Shown: one piece after another, positions 36,050 through 44,787 of the stretch
Position numbering within the stretch: the first letter of the stretch is position 1
Layout of the letters: every line of letters begins with the position of its first letter
Virus record (IMG/VR): IMGVR_UViG_3300045988_125846
Coordinates: 1 to 64,000 of that record
DNA from: a virus
Length of the DNA stretch: 64,000 bases
Direction: 5' to 3' (one strand)
Notes under the pieces: generated by a model
What the model was told of the DNA's origin: nothing
What the model saw: only the letters and a program-made list of their open reading frames with translations
Databases searched by the model: none
Made by a program: the position numbers and the translations under genes

Positions 36050-37141
36050 TCAGTTCACATCATTATGTGTTTCGCCATCTGAGTAATAAATGTTCCAATC
36101 CTTGAATAACTCAATCAACTTATCGTTATCCCAATCATATTCATTACAATGCGTAATGGCGATTGATTTTTTATCTCCGAAATCTTTTACATCATTAGAA
36201 CATCTACTATATAATTCTCCTAAATCCAATGTTCCATATCTCAATGTATCCTGGAATGGGTTTGGTATATTTGTTTTGTCAAACATATATTCATTGATAA
36301 ATCTCTTATTACATTCAGATGGAAATTTACCAGCACCATGTCTTGTTAAATAAGTACGAGATACATAACAAGTTTCAATATTTATCTCATCATTCCATTC
36401 AACATTTTCAATTATTCTCTTGGGATTTTTAATACCTGTATTAGACGGTGTTAAATGTGGAAAATATTCTGTGTTGTTCTGATCAAGCAATAAACCTTGT
36501 GCAGCTTCAAATACAATATTGTCAAACTGATTTAAGAAATAATTATCTGATATAGCCAATGAGTGATTATTCATAAAATCCCAATCATCTAAAAAGTGTT
36601 CAAATATACCATTATCAAAGAATATTCTTGACCATTCATCTGTTAATATGATATTCTCTCTTTCAAATTGTTCTAAGTAATATTCCCTGATATGATAATC
36701 CACATCAGTTATGCCAACTTTATATCTTTTAATCGTTTCAAAGATTCCTAAGCCACAACTACCGTGTTTATTTTTTCCACGATTTTCTTCAATAATCTGA
36801 TTTGCCATCATATCAAAAGGTGTTGTCAGCATACAATTTTGATTGATATAAACATTCGGAATATATCCTAATTTCATCAATTCATCATATTCCTGCTTAA
36901 AAATAATTGGATTAACAATAAAATCCTCAGATAAATATGTACTTGCATGATTGAATGTTCCAGATCCAAAATGATGAAAGACATGTCTGATTCCATCAGG
37001 CGTTGTTACGGTATGTCCTCTCTGAGCACCACCATTTGAACAAACAACAATACTATTAGGTTTCTGTGAGAAATAATCTGTCATTAATCCTTTTCCACAA
37101 TCTCCAAAGTTAGCACCTATCACAATCTTAATGTCTTTCAT
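36050..37141 (-). CDS. adenylosuccinate synthetase family protein (PurA/PurZ-like)
   Basis: 363 aa. GANFGDCGKG (cf. PurA GDEGKGK), NGGAQRGHTV (cf. GGHNAGHT), HHFGSG, GSCGLGI (cf. TTGRGIG). Confidence 0.8.
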   Translation of the reverse strand: MKDIKIVIGANFGDCGKGLMTDYFSQKPNSIVVCSNGGAQRGHTVTTPDGIRHVFHHFGSGTFNHASTYLSEDFIVNPIIFKQEYDELMKLGYIPNVYINQNCMLTTPFDMMANQIIEENRGKNKHGSCGLGIFETIKRYKVGITDVDYHIREYYLEQFERENIILTDEWSRIFFDNGIFEHFLDDWDFMNNHSLAISDNYFLNQFDNIVFEAAQGLLLDQNNTEYFPHLTPSNTGIKNPKRIIENVEWNDEINIETCYVSRTYLTRHGAGKFPSECNKRFINEYMFDKTNIPNPFQDTLRYGTLDLGELYSRCSNDVKDFGDKKSIAITHCNEYDWDNDKLIELFKDWNIYYSDGETHNDVN

Positions 37142-37158
37142 CTCTTAAATCTCCTATC

Positions 37159-38037
37159 CTACCAAGTAATTCCTTCTGAGTTAGAAGGTGTAGTAACTGT
37201 ATCTGTAACATTATTCTCTGCTTCACTAACAATAATATCTACAATCTCATTTGTAATACTATCCATAGTTACTCTTCTAAAGTGTGTATCATCAAGATAC
37301 TTCTTGTAAGACTTCTCAATTTCTTCTTCATCCCATCTGTAACCATGATTTACATCTAAATGATAAATGTTAAACTTCTGAGAAGCCTCTTCGTATAAAT
37401 CCTTAGTTTCTACGTCAGACTGAAGATTATCCCCTGTAACCTCTGATAAACCATGACCTCTACCCTTAAATGGAAGATATGGATTTAACTGCTCATCACC
37501 CATCGTAATAATAATTCCTTTTCTTCCACGATTTAGACAATCAAGCTTTGTATGGCGAGAACCGAAATACCATGCTGCTGTGTAGGATTCATAGCTGTTT
37601 CCACCACCGCCAAATTCAAAATAAATCTTGTCAAGCTGTTCAGCAATACGAATATCTGACTCAAACTGTGAAGCCTGAATTGGACAGCTATCACAAGCTA
37701 AGTCACCAATACCCATGATAAGGAATTCAACATCTGTAACCTTTTCATATAACTTAGTCATAATTACATTCAACTTCTTTGCTACCTCAACAGCAGCCTG
37801 TCCCATAGAACCAGTTACATCAAGTGCAAGAATAACTGGAATTGTGTTTGGATGTTCCTCTGTATCGCAACACTCTCTAATAACATTCTTAGGATCAAGT
37901 GCAGAATCAATATTTCTTGCCTTAAACATATCCTGATTAGAATAAGAACCTCTAATCATACCATCCGTTGAAACACTCATACCCTTTGTTGTTGAATAAC
38001 TTACATAACTATCTCTTGTCCATGAACCGCATCCCAT
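37159..38037 (-). CDS. von Willebrand factor type A (vWA) domain protein
   Basis: MIDAS-like ILALDVTGSMG, later IIITMGDEQ. Confidence 0.7.
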   Translation of the reverse strand: MGCGSWTRDSYVSYSTTKGMSVSTDGMIRGSYSNQDMFKARNIDSALDPKNVIRECCDTEEHPNTIPVILALDVTGSMGQAAVEVAKKLNVIMTKLYEKVTDVEFLIMGIGDLACDSCPIQASQFESDIRIAEQLDKIYFEFGGGGNSYESYTAAWYFGSRHTKLDCLNRGRKGIIITMGDEQLNPYLPFKGRGHGLSEVTGDNLQSDVETKDLYEEASQKFNIYHLDVNHGYRWDEEEIEKSYKKYLDDTHFRRVTMDSITNEIVDIIVSEAENNVTDTVTTPSNSEGITW

Positions 38038-38038
38038 A

Positions 38039-38656
38039 TTATGCTTCCTCCTCTTCGTCTACTTCTGTATCATCGTCATCATTACCACTCATATCAAAGT
38101 CGAACATTCCGTCAAACATGTCCCCCATATTTCCACCCATCATCATAAATGGTAACATAGAACTCATTCCACCATTTCCATTCATCATGCCAGTAGAGCC
38201 ATTGTCACCTTTCATCATCTGAGAAAGCATCATATACTTTAAGATATTGTTTGTGCCTTTCTTACCATTGATAATGTCACTACCAAACATTGAAACAATC
38301 TTGCCATAAAAATATGTATTGCCCATAAATACATGTCTTTCAGGAAGTACGGTTTCGATTGTTGAGTCCTCATAATTAATGACCGTAATCTTTGTCTTAT
38401 CAGCTTCAATAACACATCTAGGCTTGCCATTTACAAGAATAATGTCACCCTTCTCTACCTTATTAGTTGGAATAATAAAGAAGAATTCCTCTCCAATATC
38501 AAATACAAAATTACTACAGTTTGTGAGCTTGCCAGTCTTGATGTTATATGTCTTGTAACCACCATTTGTCTTAACTGCAATACCACCATTCATAGAAAGT
38601 CTACACATTCCACTTCCTACTTTGCCAAACATACCATTTAAAAAATTGTTCATCAT
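38039..38656 (-). CDS. hypothetical protein with Met/Gly-rich and acidic C-terminus
   Basis: Track ORF, 205 aa. Tail ...GMMNGNGGMSSMLPFMMMGGNMGDMFDGMFDFDMSGNDDDDTEVDEEEEA. Confidence 0.5.
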   Translation of the reverse strand: MMNNFLNGMFGKVGSGMCRLSMNGGIAVKTNGGYKTYNIKTGKLTNCSNFVFDIGEEFFFIIPTNKVEKGDIILVNGKPRCVIEADKTKITVINYEDSTIETVLPERHVFMGNTYFYGKIVSMFGSDIINGKKGTNNILKYMMLSQMMKGDNGSTGMMNGNGGMSSMLPFMMMGGNMGDMFDGMFDFDMSGNDDDDTEVDEEEEA

Positions 38657-38700
38657 ATTTATTTCCTCCTATAATATAAAAATTATTGTTTACAAATATT

Positions 38701-38710
38701 TATTCTCTAT
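38701..38710 (-). promoter_or_regulatory. gene-boundary motif ATAGAGAATA
   Basis: Plus strand tattctctat. Overlaps the TAA-TAG stop of the upstream gene. Confidence 0.4.
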
Positions 38711-39456
38711 TATTCCTCTGAATATTTACTCCAATCAATCTCTACATACTGCTTATAACATGGATAATATGTAGTAGCTCCTGTCTGATCTTTACACCAG
38801 ATATCTAACAAATTTTGCAGACCACCAATATCACATTGTTCATAAGCGTCTTCATGTAACTCTTCGCAAGCATTGTCAACTACATTATCAGCATCAATAT
38901 GAATATTTTCTACACTGCATACCCATAATCTCTCAGGTTTTGTATATACTTCTTCGTCCAAATAATTCACTGCATAATCATCAAAGAAATCATCAACTGT
39001 GTCGTAATACTTGTCAAACTCTTCACAGTAAAGCATTGTGTCTACATCTTTTTCTTCAACTGGAACTGCTTTAGAAACTTTCTCATTCCACTTCTTTATT
39101 CTCTCTTCTTCGTCAGATTTCTTCTGTCCTTCGCAGTCACAATGCATATATCCTTGATTCTTATATGGTTGTCCACAATAAGGGCACAAACTTTGTACTC
39201 CATTAAAACAACTCTGGCAGAATGAAAGTGCTTGATGCTTATATGGAAAATGATATTTTCTGCCAGCTTCAGAGTTGTCACCTTCAATCCCATAAACATT
39301 ATCTGAAATTCTCATTCCAAGACCATTGCAAACAGGACAAATTCTTTCATGTTCTGTTAGATCCTTGATAAGAATTTTAGGAAAAGATTTCTGAATTGCT
39401 TCATGAAGATTTACTTCTTCTCTACGTGTTAAATTATCCATAATGTTATTCTCCAC
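38710..39456 (-). CDS. Cys-rich zinc-finger protein
   Basis: CPVCNGLG (DnaJ-type CxxCxGxG), CQSCFNG, CPYCGQ, HCDCEG. Confidence 0.55.
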   Translation of the reverse strand: MENNIMDNLTRREEVNLHEAIQKSFPKILIKDLTEHERICPVCNGLGMRISDNVYGIEGDNSEAGRKYHFPYKHQALSFCQSCFNGVQSLCPYCGQPYKNQGYMHCDCEGQKKSDEEERIKKWNEKVSKAVPVEEKDVDTMLYCEEFDKYYDTVDDFFDDYAVNYLDEEVYTKPERLWVCSVENIHIDADNVVDNACEELHEDAYEQCDIGGLQNLLDIWCKDQTGATTYYPCYKQYVEIDWSKYSEE

Positions 39457-39634
39457 TATTCCTGTTCAATCTATCAATTTTATCTTTTTCGCTATCAGCT
39501 CTATTGAATGGAATAACTCTTCCGTCCTCAATGCAAGTAATCATTACGACATTTGCTTTATTGTCTATTGCGTCAAATTGTTCTTTGTGAACTCTAACTG
39601 TTCTTATTGAACTAAAATCTACTGTAAAAGACAT
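39446..39634 (-). CDS. hypothetical protein (paralogue of 50149-50334)
   Basis: MSFTVDFSSIRTVRVHKEQFDAIDNKANVVMITCIEDGRVIPFNRADSEKDKI... is nearly identical to the ORF at 50149. Confidence 0.5.
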   Translation of the reverse strand: MSFTVDFSSIRTVRVHKEQFDAIDNKANVVMITCIEDGRVIPFNRADSEKDKIDRLNRNSGE

Positions 39635-39652
39635 ATAATACCTCCAATCTGT

Positions 39653-39676
39653 CCAAATGAAAGAAAAATTTCTTCC
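39653..39676 (-). repeat. intergenic IR element
   Basis: Plus strand: ccaaatgaaagaaaaatttcttcc. Confidence 0.45.
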
Positions 39677-40103
39677 TATCTACTTATACATCTCATAAGT
39701 TTGTCATAATGCATGTCAATACAATCTTTAAATTCTTTTGTACACATACCATCTCTATAATTCAGTTCATTATCTATAACAATATCAGAACCATAATATC
39801 CATTAGCTTACCCTTATGGATATAAATTTCATCCTTGTTGCTATCGAGGCAATAACAGATATATGGATCATATTTATATGTAGGTTCTATACCAAATAAA
39901 ATCCTAAATCCATCTTTTCGTAAACTCATGCTAAAATCAAAGCCACCAATTTCCTCAAAATCTTTTACTGATTTTAATATATCGTCAAAGAATGCTTTTA
40001 CAGCATTATTAAACTTATCATTATCTGTCCATTCATTGTTAAATATTTCAGGTGATGAATTTCCTAGTCCTGTGTGTACATTACCATTTAATCTTCGTCT
40101 CAA
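39676..40103 (-). pseudogene. hypothetical protein, apparent -1 frameshift near 39805-39810
   Basis: TTG at 40103 follows AAAGGAGAG. The track frame ends ...IYIHKGKLMDIMVLILL* at 39774. The -1 frame continues ANGYYGSDIVIDNELNYRDGMCTKEFKDCIDMHYDKLMRCISR* to 39676 and fills the otherwise empty gap. Confidence 0.4.
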
Positions 40104-40175
40104 TATATTCTCTCCTTTCAAAATCAAAATCCACCTTGAAGACCACTCCAATCAGTGTTACATCTGTTAAATTCT

Positions 40176-40511
40176 TCATGCTCTACCTTCGTAATAACCT
40201 CGTTCACGAAGTTCTTTTTCAAAATATTCTACAAATGCCCAATTACAATCTATGCCATCTCCATCCGTAGAGCATTTATTTCCACATTCTTCACAAATGT
40301 TACAATCATATCCATAAGGATAATTTTTATTAACTATTGGAGATGTTCTGATAATATCTGCAATTTGCCACAAAATATCATGATGCCACGGAGTTGTATC
40401 AAGAATAAAATATTTTGGATTTTCTATATTATCTTGCTTCAATACCTTATTTATAACTGATAGTTTATACTCTAAATTTTCTTTTTCTTTTAATAATTGT
40501 TTCCTTGTCAT
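40176..40511 (-). CDS. Cys-rich hypothetical protein
   Basis: Track ORF, 111 aa. CNICEECGNKCSTDGDGIDC. Confidence 0.5.
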   Translation of the reverse strand: MTRKQLLKEKENLEYKLSVINKVLKQDNIENPKYFILDTTPWHHDILWQIADIIRTSPIVNKNYPYGYDCNICEECGNKCSTDGDGIDCNWAFVEYFEKELRERGYYEGRA

Positions 40512-40528
40512 TGTCTCCTCTAATTATT

Positions 40529-40538
40529 TATTCTCTAC
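40529..40538 (-). promoter_or_regulatory. gene-boundary motif GTAGAGAATA
   Basis: Plus strand tattctctac. Contains the TAG stop of the PAPS-reductase-like gene. Confidence 0.4.
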
Positions 40539-41545
40539 TTTTTATTCATTTTCTTTACAAATTCACGATACTTCCTTGTATATTCGTAAGAATCTCCGAA
40601 AATATTATTAACAGCCTTATAAAGTTTTGGTTCATATTTTTGAATTACTTCTAATTCGTATTCAAAATCTCTACCAAATGGACAGCCTGCACAACCAGTT
40701 CTTTTCAGTCCGTATTCTGTATAACACTTGCTGTGTTCAATATCATAAGCATTTTCATAGTCTATTTTGTCTGAGTCTTTATACCAAAATAAAGGTCTAT
40801 AATTATCACAACCAGAATCATTTTCATCAAAACAACTTTTATATGCAGTTGCTCTTGCTCCACCTTCGGCTTTTCTTACACCTACAATATTTAGGTCAAA
40901 TGGTATTTTACCATCGCCATATACACCTTCTCTTAAAATCTTATGTGAGACATCTTTCTTCGCATATTGACAGCATTTGTTAGAAATTTTAAATGTTGGT
41001 GGGTTTTCAATCATAAATTCTTTTAGCCATTTATTATGAGTAATATTAAATTGACTACCATTACCTTTTATTTCACACCACCATTCCAATGCAGATTTGC
41101 ACTTAGGATATTTCTTATATAGCGTATCAAAATCCTCGTCTTCCCATTGGAAGTTATGTTTTTGTAATCTTTGGATAAATTCACTGACTTGCTTAGATAG
41201 AAATGGTTGTCCATATCGTTTACACGATAGTGAGATTGGCTTAATTGCTTTATATGAATTAATTGTTATATCATATTTATTTTCTAAATATTCGAGATGT
41301 TCTTTTGTTGCAGAATATTCTAATCCAGTATCAAACCAGACATACTTCACTTTATTACTTTTATCGCATCTATAAACAATATCCAACATATCATCACTAT
41401 CTGATCCGCCTGAAATAGAACATAGTATATATAAATATTTGTGGCTGTTAATTTTTGACCACGCTCTTATTAAATTGTCTCCTATTATTGAGTTTACAGG
41501 ACAATCCTGTAATAATTCTTCAATTGTATTAGCTTTCTGTACCAA
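40535..41545 (-). CDS. PAPS-reductase-like PP-loop protein (DndC/IbrA-like family)
   Basis: PP-loop SISGGSDSDDM, GVRKAEGGAR, C-terminal RTGCAGCPFG. TTG start. Confidence 0.75.
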   Translation of the reverse strand: MVQKANTIEELLQDCPVNSIIGDNLIRAWSKINSHKYLYILCSISGGSDSDDMLDIVYRCDKSNKVKYVWFDTGLEYSATKEHLEYLENKYDITINSYKAIKPISLSCKRYGQPFLSKQVSEFIQRLQKHNFQWEDEDFDTLYKKYPKCKSALEWWCEIKGNGSQFNITHNKWLKEFMIENPPTFKISNKCCQYAKKDVSHKILREGVYGDGKIPFDLNIVGVRKAEGGARATAYKSCFDENDSGCDNYRPLFWYKDSDKIDYENAYDIEHSKCYTEYGLKRTGCAGCPFGRDFEYELEVIQKYEPKLYKAVNNIFGDSYEYTRKYREFVKKMNKK

Positions 41546-41555
41546 TATGTACTTT

Positions 41556-41586
41556 CCTCACTGAAATTTATTTCATTTCAATGAGG
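41556..41586 (-). promoter_or_regulatory. SD-sequestering hairpin in front of the PAPS-reductase-like gene
   Basis: Minus strand CCTCATTGAAAT-GAAATAA-ATTTCAGTGAGG (11 of 12 pairs). The 3' arm GTGAGG is the only SD for TTG 41545. Confidence 0.5.
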
Positions 41587-41722
41587 TAAAGCCATACTTA
41601 GTGAGTGCCTTTTTACGTCACTATCACATTACTTTTTCGATTCATATAAACCAATGATCCGTTTTATGAATCATTGTGACAACCTTTGCTAATCAAAGGC
41701 ATTAAATACATATGGTGAAAAG

Positions 41723-42079
41723 CTAACCAAGTGGTAGCACAGCCTCGCAGATTCGTTCAATACTGTTGACTTCACATTTTGTCATTTTATGATTTGGATT
41801 ATCTTTGTTATAATCCTGAATAAACATATCTATCCAAAAATCTACATACTCATCATCTGACTCCGAATCCATTACAGTATATCTATCAACTGTCTTGTAA
41901 TTTCCTTTTCCTGTCACATAGGATAGATTTATCTTATAAACAGGTAATGTGATTTTTGTTTTTAAGAAATTTTTAGGATGAATATTTTTTAATTTTTGCT
42001 TCAAATCTTCATCAAAAATTTCAAATGTATCAATTCCAGTCCTCAATGAGCAATTTTCAAAAAAATCACTTGGATGCAC
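41723..42079 (-). CDS. hypothetical protein
   Basis: Track ORF, 118 aa. GTG start with SD AAAGGTGGTGA. Confidence 0.5.
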   Translation of the reverse strand: MHPSDFFENCSLRTGIDTFEIFDEDLKQKLKNIHPKNFLKTKITLPVYKINLSYVTGKGNYKTVDRYTVMDSESDDEYVDFWIDMFIQDYNKDNPNHKMTKCEVNSIERICEAVLPLG

Positions 42080-42163
42080 TACTTTTCACCACCTTTCTGA
42101 TATTTTGTTCTCTTGTTTGTTGGGATTCCAATAGCCGAATGGCTTAGATATGATTAAAAATTT

Positions 42164-42188
42164 CCGAATGAAAGATTGGTTTACTGCG
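42164..42188 (-). repeat. intergenic IR element
   Basis: Plus strand: ccgaatgaaagattggtttactgcg. Confidence 0.45.
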
Positions 42189-42194
42189 AAACCA

Positions 42195-42506
42195 TTACTT
42201 ACTCTTCTTTACGGAAGTATTATTAACTGACTTCTGAATGTTCTTCAAAAGCTGAATATTATCGTTAATCATAAGTGCTAATGCCTGATCCTCTGTAAAA
42301 CCAACACTTACATATGCATCAAACATATTCTTCTTGATTCTCGCCTGAATTGCAGGATATTCAGTATTCTCAGAATAATCCTTTGCAATAATCATAAGTT
42401 CCTTCAGAACATCATATACAGGCTCTTTATACTTTGTAATGTATGTCTTTACTACCTCTCCTAAACTTTCTGGGTTCTCTGCTAATAATCTTAAAATTGT
42501 TTCCAT
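42195..42506 (-). CDS. hypothetical protein
   Basis: Track ORF, 103 aa, co-directional. Confidence 0.5.
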   Translation of the reverse strand: METILRLLAENPESLGEVVKTYITKYKEPVYDVLKELMIIAKDYSENTEYPAIQARIKKNMFDAYVSVGFTEDQALALMINDNIQLLKNIQKSVNNTSVKKSK

Positions 42507-42534
42507 GTTTAATATTCTCCTTTATAATTTTTTG

Positions 42535-42828
42535 TTATTCTCCAAACTCACAAGTATCACATGTTGAAAAGCATTTATCATGGTCTATGCAACATTGTGC
42601 TCTGTTGTCATCTTCAAATTCTTCTTTCTTAAAATTTATACAAAATGATTCACATCTACAAGTCAACATAGACGCAATAACCATTCCGTGAATGATAGCT
42701 AATTTGCACTGATTATCGTCTCTAAATACAGTAGAATCAACCATTTTATTAAATTCTGCTGAAGCAATATAATCCAATACTTTTTGCTGCAATTCTGTTG
42801 AATCAATAAACCTCTTATAATTATTCAC
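42535..42828 (-). CDS. Cys-rich hypothetical protein
   Basis: Track ORF, 97 aa. CRCESFC...CCIDHDKCFSTCDTCEF. Confidence 0.5.
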   Translation of the reverse strand: MNNYKRFIDSTELQQKVLDYIASAEFNKMVDSTVFRDDNQCKLAIIHGMVIASMLTCRCESFCINFKKEEFEDDNRAQCCIDHDKCFSTCDTCEFGE

Positions 42829-42886
42829 TTAATTACCTCTTTTCTAAAATCCAAAGATATGTTGCATTCTTGTGAAGTTACCACAA

Positions 42887-43507
42887 CTAATTACAATATT
42901 TTTCAATACCTTGTGTCATGATATCTCTTAATTCATCTTCTTCATATGTAGAGCCAAACTGCGACCAACTACATTCTGTATCATTGTGTACTAACGCAAG
43001 TTTAAATACACTGCCACCATAATTCTTATATGCATCTAATTTGATAGCTTTAATATGATGAATTTCTAAATACCAATTATGCTCTTTATATTCAAACTGG
43101 ATATTAGTAGCTTGACCAAAATTATAATCAATGAATTTAACGTTATTCATATACTCAATATCAAGAAGTTTTTTAATATAATCAATATACCAATCATACA
43201 TTTCCTTTTCTTTATACTTCTTTCTTTTATCAAGTTTGTTACCATCAGTATCCTGATTCTTTGATAACATATTTAACCATTCTCTACACATTTTAATTGT
43301 AGACGGCTGATCGAGTAGCATATACTGAATGTTCTCTTTATAAGTGCGAAATGCCTGTTGTTCAATAAGATCATATTCATTTTTTACATCATCCAATGCT
43401 TGTTTCTTTGCTGACAATCTTCTTTCTGCTTGTGCAAACTTATTTAATGAACCCATTTCATATTCGCCATTATAGCTATATGTATCATTTTTATATACTA
43501 AAGACAT
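42887..43507 (-). CDS. hypothetical protein
   Basis: Track ORF, 206 aa, co-directional. Confidence 0.55.
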   Translation of the reverse strand: MSLVYKNDTYSYNGEYEMGSLNKFAQAERRLSAKKQALDDVKNEYDLIEQQAFRTYKENIQYMLLDQPSTIKMCREWLNMLSKNQDTDGNKLDKRKKYKEKEMYDWYIDYIKKLLDIEYMNNVKFIDYNFGQATNIQFEYKEHNWYLEIHHIKAIKLDAYKNYGGSVFKLALVHNDTECSWSQFGSTYEEDELRDIMTQGIEKYCN

Positions 43508-43553
43508 TAATTCACCTCTTTTATTTTTTCTAACTCCTATCCTCTCTTTGCGT

Positions 43554-43579
43554 CCAAAGAAAACCTGAATTTACTTACC
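43554..43579 (-). repeat. intergenic IR element
   Basis: Plus strand: ccaaagaaaacctgaatttacttacc. Confidence 0.45.
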
Positions 43580-43781
43580 AATAGTTACTAGAATTATTAT
43601 CATTATGTTCAAAATCATCTGCTGTTTCTGAACACTCTCTTGATAATTTCATTGTATCTTCATCATTCCAACCATATTCTGAATCAAGTCTATTAAGTCC
43701 TAAATGTTTCTTAATGTCATCCTGATTGGCTAAAATCTGACTCAATGCCTGAAATAACAATCTTGTTTCTTCGTCTCTCAT
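43575..43781 (-). CDS. hypothetical protein
   Basis: Track ORF, 68 aa. Confidence 0.45.
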   Translation of the reverse strand: MRDEETRLLFQALSQILANQDDIKKHLGLNRLDSEYGWNDEDTMKLSRECSETADDFEHNDNNSSNYW

Positions 43782-43790
43782 ATATCAAAC

Positions 43791-44066
43791 CTACTTTCTG
43801 TTTACCCATTCCTTAAACTCATTAAAATCATCCTTTGTAAGCACAATATCAGAATAATAGAAATCTTTATTTCTAATAATCGCCCAAATCTTCTTCAACT
43901 TCTCAAAAAATGGTCTTTGCTGTGTATAAAAATTACTGTTTGTATATGTTAAAAAAGCATATTCGCCATCTCCACAATCATGAATCTTAAAGTGGATACC
44001 TTCATCGCAGCCACATTTGCAACTTACAATCAACTCATCATCTTTGAAATTTTTAAATACTGCCAT
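43791..44066 (-). CDS. hypothetical protein
   Basis: Track ORF, 91 aa. CKCGCDEG motif. Confidence 0.5.
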   Translation of the reverse strand: MAVFKNFKDDELIVSCKCGCDEGIHFKIHDCGDGEYAFLTYTNSNFYTQQRPFFEKLKKIWAIIRNKDFYYSDIVLTKDDFNEFKEWVNRK

Positions 44067-44117
44067 CTTAATCTCCTTTACTTACAATTTCCAAGTCCAA
44101 CCTTGTAATAGTCTTTT

Positions 44118-44471
44118 TTAAATATTTCCATAACAATCTTCTCTACTTAAAATTTCCAAAATATCATCTTTCATATCAATAGTAACTTCTTTTTTAAATC
44201 TCCCTATAGTATCATATAGAGATAGATAATATTTATTTCCACGCTGCTCTAAGTCAAGATTCTCATTCTCGAATAATAATACTCGTCTCTGTTTCTGCAT
44301 TGGTTCATTCTCTACCTTCAAGTTATTTAATGCGTCTTTTGAACCTACAAAGACTGGTGATTTTAATTCTTCAAGAATACAGCTAATATCATCATCTAAA
44401 TGATTATCGTCATTCGTATGACTATCAACTGCTCTAATAACATCTTTCTCAAATAATAATCTGTTCTCCAT
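44118..44471 (-). CDS. hypothetical protein
   Basis: Track ORF, 117 aa. SD AAAGGAGAA upstream. Confidence 0.5.
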   Translation of the reverse strand: MENRLLFEKDVIRAVDSHTNDDNHLDDDISCILEELKSPVFVGSKDALNNLKVENEPMQKQRRVLLFENENLDLEQRGNKYYLSLYDTIGRFKKEVTIDMKDDILEILSREDCYGNI

Positions 44472-44486
44472 TTATTATTCTCCTTT

Positions 44487-44506
44487 CCTAAAGAAATGCT
44501 TCTTTC
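44487..44506 (-). repeat. intergenic IR element
   Basis: Plus strand: cctaaagaaatgcttctttc. Confidence 0.45.
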
Positions 44507-44783
44507 ATCTTATCGCATAACAATCACTTTTATTGTCGCAGAACTCAATTACATCGATCATAGCAACATATCTATAATAAGAATTCTTACATTTAACTTT
44601 AAAATATGTATTATCTTCACCACAAACTTCTATGACTTTTCCATGCAAAATATGTGTCATTCCTTCCTGCCAAAATGCAACCCACTTACCAATCAACATT
44701 GAATAATCTTTATATACTTTGTATCCATGATGTTTTAATAAGTCTATGGCTGCATATATCTGTTGATCTTTTGTCAACCCCAT
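44505..44783 (-). CDS. hypothetical protein
   Basis: Track ORF, 92 aa. Confidence 0.5.
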   Translation of the reverse strand: MGLTKDQQIYAAIDLLKHHGYKVYKDYSMLIGKWVAFWQEGMTHILHGKVIEVCGEDNTYFKVKCKNSYYRYVAMIDVIEFCDNKSDCYAIR

Positions 44784-44787
44784 AGTT

